Source: Alphaproteobacteria bacterium (GTDB taxonomy: Bacteria > Pseudomonadota > Alphaproteobacteria > UBA828). Taken from it: DNA of 64,000 bases. Below the pieces are notes generated by a model, which was given only the letters and a program-made list of their open reading frames with translations, did not search any database and was not told the DNA's origin. The stretch covers positions 288,001 to 352,000 of the forward strand of contig CBDCRW010000003.1 of assembly GCA_965221125.1 (NCBI GenBank). The letters are read 5' to 3'. How positions within the stretch are numbered: position 1 is the stretch's first letter; each line of letters starts with the position of its first letter. Positions 49,584 to 58,135 of this stretch are shown here, piece after piece. A program made the translations under genes and the position numbers.

Positions 49584-50359
49584 TCCTGAAAAGCCTGGCG
49601 GTAGTCCTCGGCCGTCAGCACGCTCGCGCCGGTGAGGCGCAGCACGTCGCGGTGAGGCGCGAGCGACGGGTCGGCGATGGCGGCGCGGAGCCCGTCCCGC
49701 ATCTTGGCGATGTCGTCGTCCGATGTCGCGGCGCCTGTGACGTAAGGCATCCCCGGCGCCGTCGGGGACGAGGTCAGGATGCGGGTGCCGCGCAACGCGA
49801 CTGCGGCCTGGTCGGCGAGCAATGCGTGCGTGACGCAGTCGACCGCGCATGCGTCCGCCTCCCCGGCCGCGACGAGGCCGATGCTGGCACGATGGGAGCC
49901 GGATGCGACGATCTCTCCGAAGAAGGAGGGCGGGTCCTCGCCGGCGGGCAGCATGTGCCGCCAGACATGGTAGCCGGAATAGGAGCCGGTGCCGTTGGTC
50001 GCCAGGCGGCAGCCCCGAAGGTCGGCGACGGTCTGCGCGCCCGAACCCTCGGGCACGATGACGTGCGCGGCGTATGAAGCGGCGCCGCATCCCGGCGCGT
50101 CGTAGCTGGGAGTCGCGACGAGCCTCACCGCCGGCCCGAGGACGTTCACGAAGGGATAGCCGCAGGTCTGGCTGAAGAGCAGTCCGGGCGCGCGCCAGTG
50201 GCCGTGGTAGTCGTCCGGCCACGTCAGCGCGTCGGGAACGCCCGACACGCCATGGTCCCGCATGTGCCGGGCGAGGCCCGCCCACCAGCGCTCCGTGGCC
50301 GGGCGAGCCTCGGCCTCGCAGTACATCGGCAGGCTGGCGAGGCGGGTCTCGGCAGTCAT
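49580..50359 (-). CDS. PhnD/SsuA-like substrate-binding-fold protein
   Basis: ASLPMY, SQTCGYP, SYSGY, SGSHRASI, AVDCVT. Confidence 0.75.
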   Translation of the reverse strand: MTAETRLASLPMYCEAEARPATERWWAGLARHMRDHGVSGVPDALTWPDDYHGHWRAPGLLFSQTCGYPFVNVLGPAVRLVATPSYDAPGCGAASYAAHVIVPEGSGAQTVADLRGCRLATNGTGSYSGYHVWRHMLPAGEDPPSFFGEIVASGSHRASIGLVAAGEADACAVDCVTHALLADQAAVALRGTRILTSSPTAPGMPYVTGAATSDDDIAKMRDGLRAAIADPSLAPHRDVLRLTGASVLTAEDYRQAFQD

Positions 50360-50545
50360 CGGGTATCGCGGGCGTAAGCCGGGCCGTTCCGCGTCAGTCG
50401 GTGACGATGGGGCTCCGGCCTGTGGCTGTCCAGCCCGCGGCTGTCCGGCCGGCGGCTGGACAACATGCCCGCGCTCGGTGAAACTCGCATCCGACAGCGA
50501 TCCGCGAAATTTTGGGCGGGCGCTCCGCGAGCGGGCGACGGGCGC

Positions 50546-50752
50546 ATGCAGTTCACCATAGAGGTCGAGCGGGAAGAGGACGGGCGCTGGATCGCCGAGA
50601 TCGCCGAGATCCCGGGTGCGATGACGTATGGAACGAGCCGGGGCGAGGCGGTCGCCAGGGTCGAGGCCCTCGCACTCCGGGTCCTGACCGAAAGGATCGA
50701 GGCGGGGGAGCAGCCTGTCGAGCCAATCAGGATCACCTTCGCCGCCGCATGA
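50546..50752 (+). CDS. HicB-family antitoxin
   Basis: IEVEREEDGRWIAEIAEIPGAMTYGTSRGEA. Confidence 0.85.
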   Translation: MQFTIEVEREEDGRWIAEIAEIPGAMTYGTSRGEAVARVEALALRVLTERIEAGEQPVEPIRITFAAA

Positions 50753-50910
50753 GCCGATGGGGCAGCGCACGAGCGCGCCGCGTGCTCACCGCTTTAGAGC
50801 GCATCGGTTGGAAGATCAAGCGCACGTCGGGCTCTCACCGAACCCTGTCGCGAGACGGATATCCTGCGGCGGCCGTCAGCGCTCGGAATCGGTGCGTTCC
50901 TGCGCCGTGA
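50749..50910 (+). pseudogene. HicA-family toxin, apparently truncated at the C-terminus
   Basis: VLTALERIGWKIKRTSGSH; similarity ends after DGYP and the frame runs into the convergent gene. Confidence 0.6.
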
Positions 50911-51271
50911 TCTTGCGCCAGAGCTTCGAGACCCAGCCCCCGCGCCCTTGCGCCGCCTCGCTCGCCTTGGCGCGGCATTCCTCCATCACGTGGGGCGGCG
51001 TGAGGCGATAGGCGAGCCAGAGTGCCACCGCCGCGACGACGAGGTCGTCGAGCATGCCGAGGACGGGAATGACGTCGGGAATCAGGTCGACGGGGCTCGC
51101 GAGGTAGGCCAGAAGGAGGATCAGCACCGCCTTGACGAACCAGGGCGTCTCGCGGTGGCGAAACACCAGCCAGAGGGTGTGGACCTCCAGCGCGAGCCGC
51201 CGCGCGAGGCGGTCGAGGAAGGCGATGAGCCCCTCCCCCGCGCCGGCGGATTTGGGCTCATCCGGCGCCAC
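50876..51271 (-). CDS. DUF1232/YkvA family membrane protein
   Basis: AYLASPVDLIPDVIPVLGMLDD. Confidence 0.88.
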   Translation of the reverse strand: MAPDEPKSAGAGEGLIAFLDRLARRLALEVHTLWLVFRHRETPWFVKAVLILLLAYLASPVDLIPDVIPVLGMLDDLVVAAVALWLAYRLTPPHVMEECRAKASEAAQGRGGWVSKLWRKITAQERTDSER

Positions 51272-51848
51272 GGACTGGGTCGAAGGGCTCCCGGCTCTTC
51301 AGCAGCACGTAGAGCGCGCCGGCGCCGCCGCTGCTCTCGGGCGCGTTGGTGATGGCGACGATGTGCCGCCGCAGCGCCGGCTCGTTGAGCCAGCGCGGCA
51401 CCATCTGGCGCAGCACGCCGCCGCGTCCGCTCGCGACCGAGCCCTTGCCGGTGATGACCAGCACGCAGCGCCGCCGCGCCATGCGGGACTCCTGGACGAA
51501 GTCTCGGAGCGCGTCGTGCGCCTGCTCCTGCGTCCTGCCGTGGAGGTCGAGCCGCGCCTCGACCGGGAGCTGCCCGCGCTTCAGCCGCCGCGCCGTGCGC
51601 CGGTCGAGCCCGGCGGGGGTGACGGGATCGAGGTCGGGGAGCGGCGGGCGGGGCGGCGCCGGGGCGGCCTTGGGCGCGGCACGGACGCGGGCCTTGAGCT
51701 TCTTCGGCGGTGGCGGGGGCGCCTCCTCCTCCGGCTCGGCCGTCTCTTCCAATGCCACGGCGCCGCGCGGCAGCGGCGTCACGTCGCGCGCGATGCGCTG
51801 CCACAGCGCGGCCTCTTCGTCCCGTATGCGCCGACCGCCCGCGCTCAC
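51258..51848 (-). CDS. Smr/MutS2-domain protein
   Basis: ARLDLHG, VLVITGKG, GGAGALYVLL; GTG start at 51848. Confidence 0.9.
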   Translation of the reverse strand: MSAGGRRIRDEEAALWQRIARDVTPLPRGAVALEETAEPEEEAPPPPPKKLKARVRAAPKAAPAPPRPPLPDLDPVTPAGLDRRTARRLKRGQLPVEARLDLHGRTQEQAHDALRDFVQESRMARRRCVLVITGKGSVASGRGGVLRQMVPRWLNEPALRRHIVAITNAPESSGGAGALYVLLKSREPFDPVRGAG

Positions 51849-52552
51849 GGCGCGACGCCTTCCACGATGACGATGTGCAGCCGGCGCGGCCCGTGGGCGC
51901 CGAGGGTGATGGTCTGCTCGATGTCGGCAGTGCGCGACGGACCGGTGACGAGGTTGACCGTGCGCGGCATGAAGTTGCCGCCCGTCCCGGCCGCCGCCGC
52001 TTCGGCCCGCAGCTTCGCCCAGCCCTCCTCGTAGGCGCCGCCGATGCGCTCCGCCGGCAGCACAACGACGTGGGTCTCGGGCAGGAAGTTGAGGGTGGAG
52101 GGATGGTTCGGGCCGGAGGCCATCATCAGCGTCCCGGTCTCGGCGAAGCCCATGAGGGCGCCTGTCACGGCGACCCGGTCGGCCTCTTCCGCCGCGCCCC
52201 TGCGGATGGCGAGCAGGGGGCGGTCCGCCCACGGGTAGTCGTCGAGCGCGGGATCGGGCGCCATCACCAGCGACGGCGGCAGGTTCTGGCCCGCCAGGTA
52301 ATCGGCGACCGCGCCCGGCACCGCATCCGCGCCGGAGACGCGCGCCACGGTCGCGAACACCGCCTCGGCCATGGACGTGAAGAGCGCGATCCTCTCGTCC
52401 TGCGAGATGTCGGAGCGCGCGGGCACGATGTTGGGCGCGGGCGCGGCGAGCTTCTCGTCGAGCGCGGCGCGCGCCGTCTCGCCCAAAGGCCCGCGGCCGA
52501 GCGAGCGGCGGATCGAGCCGAGGATGGCGTCACGTCTCTCCGCCCCGCTCAT
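51845..52552 (-). CDS. lutC: Lactate utilization protein C (LUD domain)
   Basis: AETGTL, FLPETH, VTGPSRTADIEQTITLGAHGP. Confidence 0.88.
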   Translation of the reverse strand: MSGAERRDAILGSIRRSLGRGPLGETARAALDEKLAAPAPNIVPARSDISQDERIALFTSMAEAVFATVARVSGADAVPGAVADYLAGQNLPPSLVMAPDPALDDYPWADRPLLAIRRGAAEEADRVAVTGALMGFAETGTLMMASGPNHPSTLNFLPETHVVVLPAERIGGAYEEGWAKLRAEAAAAGTGGNFMPRTVNLVTGPSRTADIEQTITLGAHGPRRLHIVIVEGVAP

Positions 52553-53967
52553 GCCCGCCGCCCCTTGCGCCAGAGCGCATGGAAGGTCGCCCCCTCGGGC
52601 GCCGGCAGGTCGCGCGCGGCGGTCCACCCGCCGGCCAGCGGAAGCTGCGTGAAGCGCCCGCGGCGCCGGCCAAGCAAGCCCAGCACGCGGATGCCGACGC
52701 CGGTGGCGAGACGGTAGAGCGCAGGCCGGCGGACGAGCCAGGCCCAGGCGCCGATTCCCGCGCGGACGCTGGCCGGCCCGATCCTGCTCCGGAACTCCTG
52801 CTCCCGAAGCGTGCGCATCAACGCCGGCAAGGGAATCCGCATGGGGCAGACCTCCTCGCAGCGGCCACAAAAGCTCGATGCGTTGGGCAGGTGCCGCGCC
52901 TCCTCCAGGCCGATCAGGTTGGGCGTCAGCACCGCGCCCACCGGCCCCGGATAGACCCAGCCGTAGGCGTGCCCGCCCACCGTGCCGTACACCGGGCAGT
53001 GGTTCATGCAGGCGCCGCACTTGATGCAGCGGAGCACGTCGCGGAACTCGGAGCCCAGCATCCGCGAGCGGCCGTTGTCGAGCAGCACGACGTGATAGGC
53101 CTCTGGCCCGTCGGCATCGCCGGGCCGGCGCGGGCCGGTCGAGACGGTCGTGTAGGTGGAGAACTCCTGCCCCGTCGCCGAGCGCGCGAGCACGCGCATG
53201 ATCGTGGTCGCGTCCTCCAGTGTCGGCACGACCTTCTCCAGCGTCGCGATCACGATGTGGACGCGCGGCAGGATCTGGGTAAGGTCGGCGTTGCCTTCGT
53301 TGGTCACGACCGCGCTGGACCCGGTCTCGGCGATGAGGAAGTTCGCGCCGGTGATCCCGACGTCGGCCGCGAGGTAGCGCGGGCGCAGCACGTGCCGCGC
53401 TTCCTCCACCAGCTCCTCGACCCGGTCGAGGCGGCGGGTGAGACCCAACGGCGTGTGCTTCTCGTGGAAGAGGTCGGCGACCTGATCCTTGGTCTTGTGC
53501 ACCGCCGGCGCGATGATGTGGCTCGGCCGCTCGTCAGCGAGCTGCACCACGTATTCGCCGAGATCGGTCTCGATCGGCTCGATGCCATGCTCCTCGAGGA
53601 AGGGATTGAGCTCCATTTCCTCGGCGATCATGGACTTGCTCTTGGTCACGGTCCTCGCGCCGGCCTCCTGGCAGAGCGAGAGGATCGCCTGGCGCGCATC
53701 GGCCGGCGTCCGGCACCAGTGCACGGTGCCGCCCGCCGCCGTCACCTGCGCCTCGTAGCGCTCCAGGTAATGGTCGAGATGGGCGAGCGCGTGGTCCTTG
53801 ATGGCCCGCGCCTGGTCGCGCAGCGCCTCGAACTCCGGCAGGCGCTCCGCAGCTTGCGCCCGCTTGACCTGAAAGCCGCCCTGGAAGCGGGCGAGCGAGC
53901 GCTGCAGGTCGGCGTCCTGCAGGCCGACGCGCGCGTTGGCGACGAAGGCCCGGCTGCTCGTCTCCAT
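52549..53967 (-). CDS. lutB: Lactate utilization protein B (Fe-S)
   Basis: KSKSM, ETDLGEY, PSHIIAPA, CIKCGACMNHCPVY, CGRCEEVCP. Confidence 0.93.
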   Translation of the reverse strand: METSSRAFVANARVGLQDADLQRSLARFQGGFQVKRAQAAERLPEFEALRDQARAIKDHALAHLDHYLERYEAQVTAAGGTVHWCRTPADARQAILSLCQEAGARTVTKSKSMIAEEMELNPFLEEHGIEPIETDLGEYVVQLADERPSHIIAPAVHKTKDQVADLFHEKHTPLGLTRRLDRVEELVEEARHVLRPRYLAADVGITGANFLIAETGSSAVVTNEGNADLTQILPRVHIVIATLEKVVPTLEDATTIMRVLARSATGQEFSTYTTVSTGPRRPGDADGPEAYHVVLLDNGRSRMLGSEFRDVLRCIKCGACMNHCPVYGTVGGHAYGWVYPGPVGAVLTPNLIGLEEARHLPNASSFCGRCEEVCPMRIPLPALMRTLREQEFRSRIGPASVRAGIGAWAWLVRRPALYRLATGVGIRVLGLLGRRRGRFTQLPLAGGWTAARDLPAPEGATFHALWRKGRRA

Positions 53968-53989
53968 CGCTGGGCGCCCTCCCCGGCCC

Positions 53990-54763
53990 TCAGCGGCGCC
54001 CTGCCGGCTCGCCAATCGCCGGGCGGTCGTCCATGCCGGCCAGCACCTCGGCGACGTGGCGCGCCTTCACGTCCGAGCCCTCGCGGCTGAGCCGGCCCGC
54101 GATGTTGAGCAGGCAGCCCATGTCGCCGGCAAGCACCGTGTCCGCGCCGGTCGCCGCGATGTCCTTCGCCTTGTCCGCCACCATGCGGCCCGAGATATCG
54201 GGGTACTTGACGCAGAACGTGCCGCCGAAGCCGCAGCAGACATCGGGCGCCGAAAGCTCGGCCAGCGCCAGCCCGTCGACCGTGCCGAGCAGGCGGCGCG
54301 GCTGCGCCCGCACTCCCATCTCGCGCAGGCTCGAACATGAATCGTGGTAGGTGACCGTGCCCTCGTGGCGCGCCTCGACCGCGTCGACGCCGCACTCGTC
54401 GACGAGGAACGACAGCAGCTCGAAGGTGCGCACGGCGAGGCGCTCGGCGCGGGGCTCCCACTCCGAATCGCCCGCGAAGAGCGCCGGGTAGTGCCGCTTG
54501 ATCATGCCGGCGCAGGAGCCGGACGGCGCCACCGTCGCATCGAAGGGCTCGAAGGCGGCGATCACGTCACGCGCAATCGCCTTCGTATCGGCGCGGTCGC
54601 CCGAGTTGTAGGCCGGCTGGCCGCAGCAGACCTGCGCCGCCGGCACCACCACCTCGCACCCGGCGCGCTCCAGCAGCGCTGCCGCGGCGAAGCCCACGGT
54701 CGGCCGGAAGAGGTCGACGAGGCATGTCACGAAGAGGCCGACCCGGCGGCGTGCTGCGGGCAT
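53990..54763 (-). CDS. lutA: Lactate utilization protein A (CCG domains)
   Basis: LFVTCLVD, CCGQPAYNSG, YHDSCS, CCGFGGTF. Confidence 0.92.
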   Translation of the reverse strand: MPAARRRVGLFVTCLVDLFRPTVGFAAAALLERAGCEVVVPAAQVCCGQPAYNSGDRADTKAIARDVIAAFEPFDATVAPSGSCAGMIKRHYPALFAGDSEWEPRAERLAVRTFELLSFLVDECGVDAVEARHEGTVTYHDSCSSLREMGVRAQPRRLLGTVDGLALAELSAPDVCCGFGGTFCVKYPDISGRMVADKAKDIAATGADTVLAGDMGCLLNIAGRLSREGSDVKARHVAEVLAGMDDRPAIGEPAGRR

Positions 54764-54798
54764 GGACGGCTCGGGATCGTGGGAAACGGACCGGGAGG

Positions 54799-56010
54799 TT
54801 AGTCCAGGTGCGCCGCCACGTCGAGACCGCGCGGCAGGAGCAGCCAGTAGCGCCCCGCGTGCTTCATGCGGCCCGCGACCACGCCGGCCGCATCGCCGGT
54901 GCCCCAGTAGACGTCGCCGCGCACCGGGCCGCGGATCGCGCTGCCCGTGTCCTGCGCCACCATGAGGCGGCGGATCGGGCGATCCGCCTCGGCGGGATCG
55001 GGGTCGGGCGCAGCGGTCTCCAGCCAGATCGGCACGGTCATCGGCACGAAGCGGCGGTCCACGGCGAGCGAGCGCCCGGCGGTGAGCGTCACACCCTGGG
55101 CGCCGACGGGGCCGTCCGCCGCCTGCTCCTTCCCGAGCCAGCGGAAGAAGACATAGGACGCGTTCTCGCGCATGACCTCGGGCGCCTTCTCGGGGTTCGC
55201 CGCCAGCCAGTCGCGGATCGCCGGCATCGAGACATCCTCGGGGCCGAACGCGCCGAGCGCCACGAGCCGCCGGCCGATCGCGTAGTAGTTGTGGCCGTTG
55301 GTGGCGGCATAGGCGACGCGGCGCGCCGTTCCGTCCTCGAAGGCGATGCGGCCCGAGCCCTGGATGTGCAGGAAGAAGGCATCGACGGGATCGTCGACCC
55401 AGGCGAGCTCCAGCCCCTGCTCGGCCAGCGCGCCGGTGTCTATCTCCGCCCGCGTCGCATAGGGCTCCAGCGCGCCGCCCGCCACCCGCCCGGCGATCCG
55501 CTCGCCGGCAAGCTCGGACCGAAAGCGGCCGAGATCGACCGATACCAGGTCCGGCGGGCGAGCATAGAGGGGAACGCGGTAAGGCCCGCCTTGCCGCAGG
55601 GCGCCCCGCAGCTCGGGCTCGAAGTAGCCTGTGAACAGGCCCTCGGCGTCCGCGTTGTTGCGGACCGCGTAGGGTGTGAAGCGGGCCTCGAAGAAGGCGC
55701 GGGCAGCGGCATCGTCGGCCAGACCCGCCGCATCGGCGCAGACCGCGCGCCACTCGCCCACGCGCCCGCCGAGCGGTGCAATGTCGAGCGGCTCATCGTC
55801 GGCACGTTCTTCCAGACCGGCGCACGAGCGCTTCAGCGCCCGCAGAGCCGCCCCCTGGTCGTCGGCCTCCCAACCCGGCAGGTCCGCAAACGCGACCGCC
55901 CGCAGCACGAGCCGGTCCGGCTCCTCTGGTCCGGGTTGGGGGGCGCAGGCCTGCACGAGCATCACAGCAACCGCCAGCAGCCATGGCCAGCGGCGGATTG
56001 CGGCCCTCAA
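54799..56010 (-). CDS. mltA: Membrane-bound lytic murein transglycosylase A
   Basis: Lipobox VQAC, FTGYFEP, LHIQGSG, AQDTGSAIRG, RGDVYWG. Confidence 0.93.
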   Translation of the reverse strand: MRAAIRRWPWLLAVAVMLVQACAPQPGPEEPDRLVLRAVAFADLPGWEADDQGAALRALKRSCAGLEERADDEPLDIAPLGGRVGEWRAVCADAAGLADDAAARAFFEARFTPYAVRNNADAEGLFTGYFEPELRGALRQGGPYRVPLYARPPDLVSVDLGRFRSELAGERIAGRVAGGALEPYATRAEIDTGALAEQGLELAWVDDPVDAFFLHIQGSGRIAFEDGTARRVAYAATNGHNYYAIGRRLVALGAFGPEDVSMPAIRDWLAANPEKAPEVMRENASYVFFRWLGKEQAADGPVGAQGVTLTAGRSLAVDRRFVPMTVPIWLETAAPDPDPAEADRPIRRLMVAQDTGSAIRGPVRGDVYWGTGDAAGVVAGRMKHAGRYWLLLPRGLDVAAHLD

Positions 56011-56786
56011 TTGGGGATGCTGGTCTCGATCAGCGCCCAGTTGGGATCCGACGAGCGGGTGTTGCGCGCGAAGGTCCAGATATCGGTGACCCGCTCGATC
56101 AGGCTGGAGTCGCCGCCGACCTCCTCGCCTTCCTTGTCGCGGACCACGTTGATCTGCTGGCTCACGAACTTCACCGTCACCCGGGCGGTGCTGGAGCGCA
56201 TCTCGGCGCTGATGATCTCGGCCGCATCGAGGGCGACGATGGTCGTCTCCTGCACGTGGCCGTCGGCCATGCGCTCGCGGATGGCGGCCGCGAACTCGTC
56301 ATAGACGTCGTCGCCAAGCAGGGGCCGGAGCGTCGCCGTGTCGCCCTTGGCGAAGGCGTCCACCACCATCTCGAAGGCCGCCTGCGCGCCCTGGGCGAAG
56401 CGGCGCGGCGAGAACTCGTGGTCCGCCCGCCTGATCTGCTCGAGGCCGGCCCTGAGGCCGCTCACCGCATCGTCCCGCTCGGACTCGGCCTCTCTCCGCT
56501 CGGCACGCATCGGCCGCGGCGCTGCCGGCTCCGTCGCCATGTCCTCCGGCGGCACGTCCTGCGGCGCCTCGGGCGCGGGCCTGGTGCGGTCCGGCAGATG
56601 AACGATCTCGCCCTGCGGCTGGGCCTGGCTCTCCTCGGGCGCCTTCTCCGTCCGCGCGAAGCGGTCGGCATGGCGCTGGCGCTGCTGGCCGGTCCTGCGC
56701 CCGAGCACGCCGCGCAAGCGCAGGATGATGAAGATCGCGATCAGCGCGAAGAAAATGATGTCGTAGAATTGAAATCCGTCGGACAT
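56007..56786 (-). CDS. Tim44/TimA-like adaptor protein
   Basis: LRLRGVLGRRTG, GAQAAFEMVV, DIWTFAR...DPNW. Confidence 0.9.
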   Translation of the reverse strand: MSDGFQFYDIIFFALIAIFIILRLRGVLGRRTGQQRQRHADRFARTEKAPEESQAQPQGEIVHLPDRTRPAPEAPQDVPPEDMATEPAAPRPMRAERREAESERDDAVSGLRAGLEQIRRADHEFSPRRFAQGAQAAFEMVVDAFAKGDTATLRPLLGDDVYDEFAAAIRERMADGHVQETTIVALDAAEIISAEMRSSTARVTVKFVSQQINVVRDKEGEEVGGDSSLIERVTDIWTFARNTRSSDPNWALIETSIPN

Positions 56787-56988
56787 GTTCCGAACCTTGT
56801 GGGCAGGCGGCGTTCCGTCGCACAATGGCCACTGAATACGGCCACCGAATCCCAGGCCCTCCGTCTGCGGCGCTTGCCGGCAACCCCCGGCGCAGGCGCC
56901 GGTTCCGCCGAAGCCCGGCGCGGGGAGCCGACACGGCTCAACATAGGTAGAGCGCCGCGCGAGCGCAAGCACGGAGCACATCTCTTCG

Positions 56989-57477
56989 ATGCCCTTTGTC
57001 CTGCTCCTGTTGGCGGTTCCCGTCGGCGAGGTCTTCATCTTCCTCGAAGTCGGGGGCGTCATCGGCACATGGCCGACGATCGGGCTGATCGTCGGCACCG
57101 CCGTGATCGGCGGCGTGATCCTGCGCTGGCAGGGCCTGCAGACGCTCGCCCGCGCCCGCCGGCAGCTCGCCGCGAACCGGCTGCCGGTGGCGGAGATGGC
57201 GGAAGGCGCCGCGCTCGCGCTGGCCGCCGTGCTGTTGCTCACGCCCGGCTTCTTCACCGATGCGCTGGGAACGCTGCTGCTGTTCCCGCCGCTCCGCCGC
57301 AGTCTGCTGCGCCGGCTGATTGCCCGGCTCGCGCCCCATGCCCGCCAGGCCGGCCCCGGTGCCGGCCCTGCGTCGGGCGGCGACGGCTCGCGGGTCATCG
57401 ACGGCGAATACACAGTGCTCGACGACGCGCCCGAGCCCGGCCCCCCAAGCGCGCGGCCCCACGGAGGAAATCGATGA
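56989..57477 (+). CDS. fxsA: FxsA family membrane protein
   Basis: LLLTPGFFTDALG, VIDGEY. Confidence 0.9.
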   Translation: MPFVLLLLAVPVGEVFIFLEVGGVIGTWPTIGLIVGTAVIGGVILRWQGLQTLARARRQLAANRLPVAEMAEGAALALAAVLLLTPGFFTDALGTLLLFPPLRRSLLRRLIARLAPHARQAGPGAGPASGGDGSRVIDGEYTVLDDAPEPGPPSARPHGGNR

Positions 57478-58064
57478 CGGCTGACGAGACCGGCACGGAG
57501 ACACCACCCACACCGGTGCCTTCCGGCAACGGCGGCAACGGCGCGGACCAGGCCGCCCAAGGGGCCGCCCAGGGGGCTGCCGAGCAGGCGCAGGACACGC
57601 GCCCGCAGCTCGGCATCAGGACCCAGTACATCAAGGATCTCTCGTTCGAGAACCCGTCGGCCGCAGAGCGGCCCCCGGAAGCCGAGCGCTCGCCCGACAT
57701 CCAGGTCAACGTGCAGGTGGCCGTGCGCAGGCTGGAGGCGCCGAACTTCGAGGTCACGCTGCAGATCACGGCCAACGCGAAGTACCAGGAGAAGCCCGTC
57801 TTCCTGGTGGAGCTGACCTATGCCGGGGTCTTCACGCTCATCGGCATCCCGCAGGAGGCGCTGGAGCCGACGCTGCTGGTCGAATGCCCGCGCCTGCTCT
57901 TCCCCTTCGCCCGGCGCATCGTCGCCGACGTCACCCGCGACGGCGGCTTCCCGCCGCTGCTGCTGGGCCCGATCGACTTCCTCGCCCTCTATCGCAACGG
58001 CCAGGCGCAGGCCGCGCAGGCCCAGGCAGGACAGGGCCAGCCTCCCGGCGGAGGAGCAGCGTAA
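57474..58064 (+). CDS. secB: Protein-export chaperone SecB
   Basis: QYIKDLSFENP, ECPRLLFPFAR, GGFPPLLL.PIDF. Confidence 0.95.
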   Translation: MTADETGTETPPTPVPSGNGGNGADQAAQGAAQGAAEQAQDTRPQLGIRTQYIKDLSFENPSAAERPPEAERSPDIQVNVQVAVRRLEAPNFEVTLQITANAKYQEKPVFLVELTYAGVFTLIGIPQEALEPTLLVECPRLLFPFARRIVADVTRDGGFPPLLLGPIDFLALYRNGQAQAAQAQAGQGQPPGGGAA

Positions 58065-58135
58065 GTCACGCGGCGCCGCATTCGCCGCGGGCCGCTATCG
58101 CGGCCTACCGCGCGTCCGTCTCACTCTGACGCGCG

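Noticed and set aside
55776-57473. 762-aa ORF ending in SecB, and the similar extension of the Tim44 ORF
   Set aside because: The extensions overlap mltA, tim44 and fxsA; true starts are 57474 and 56786
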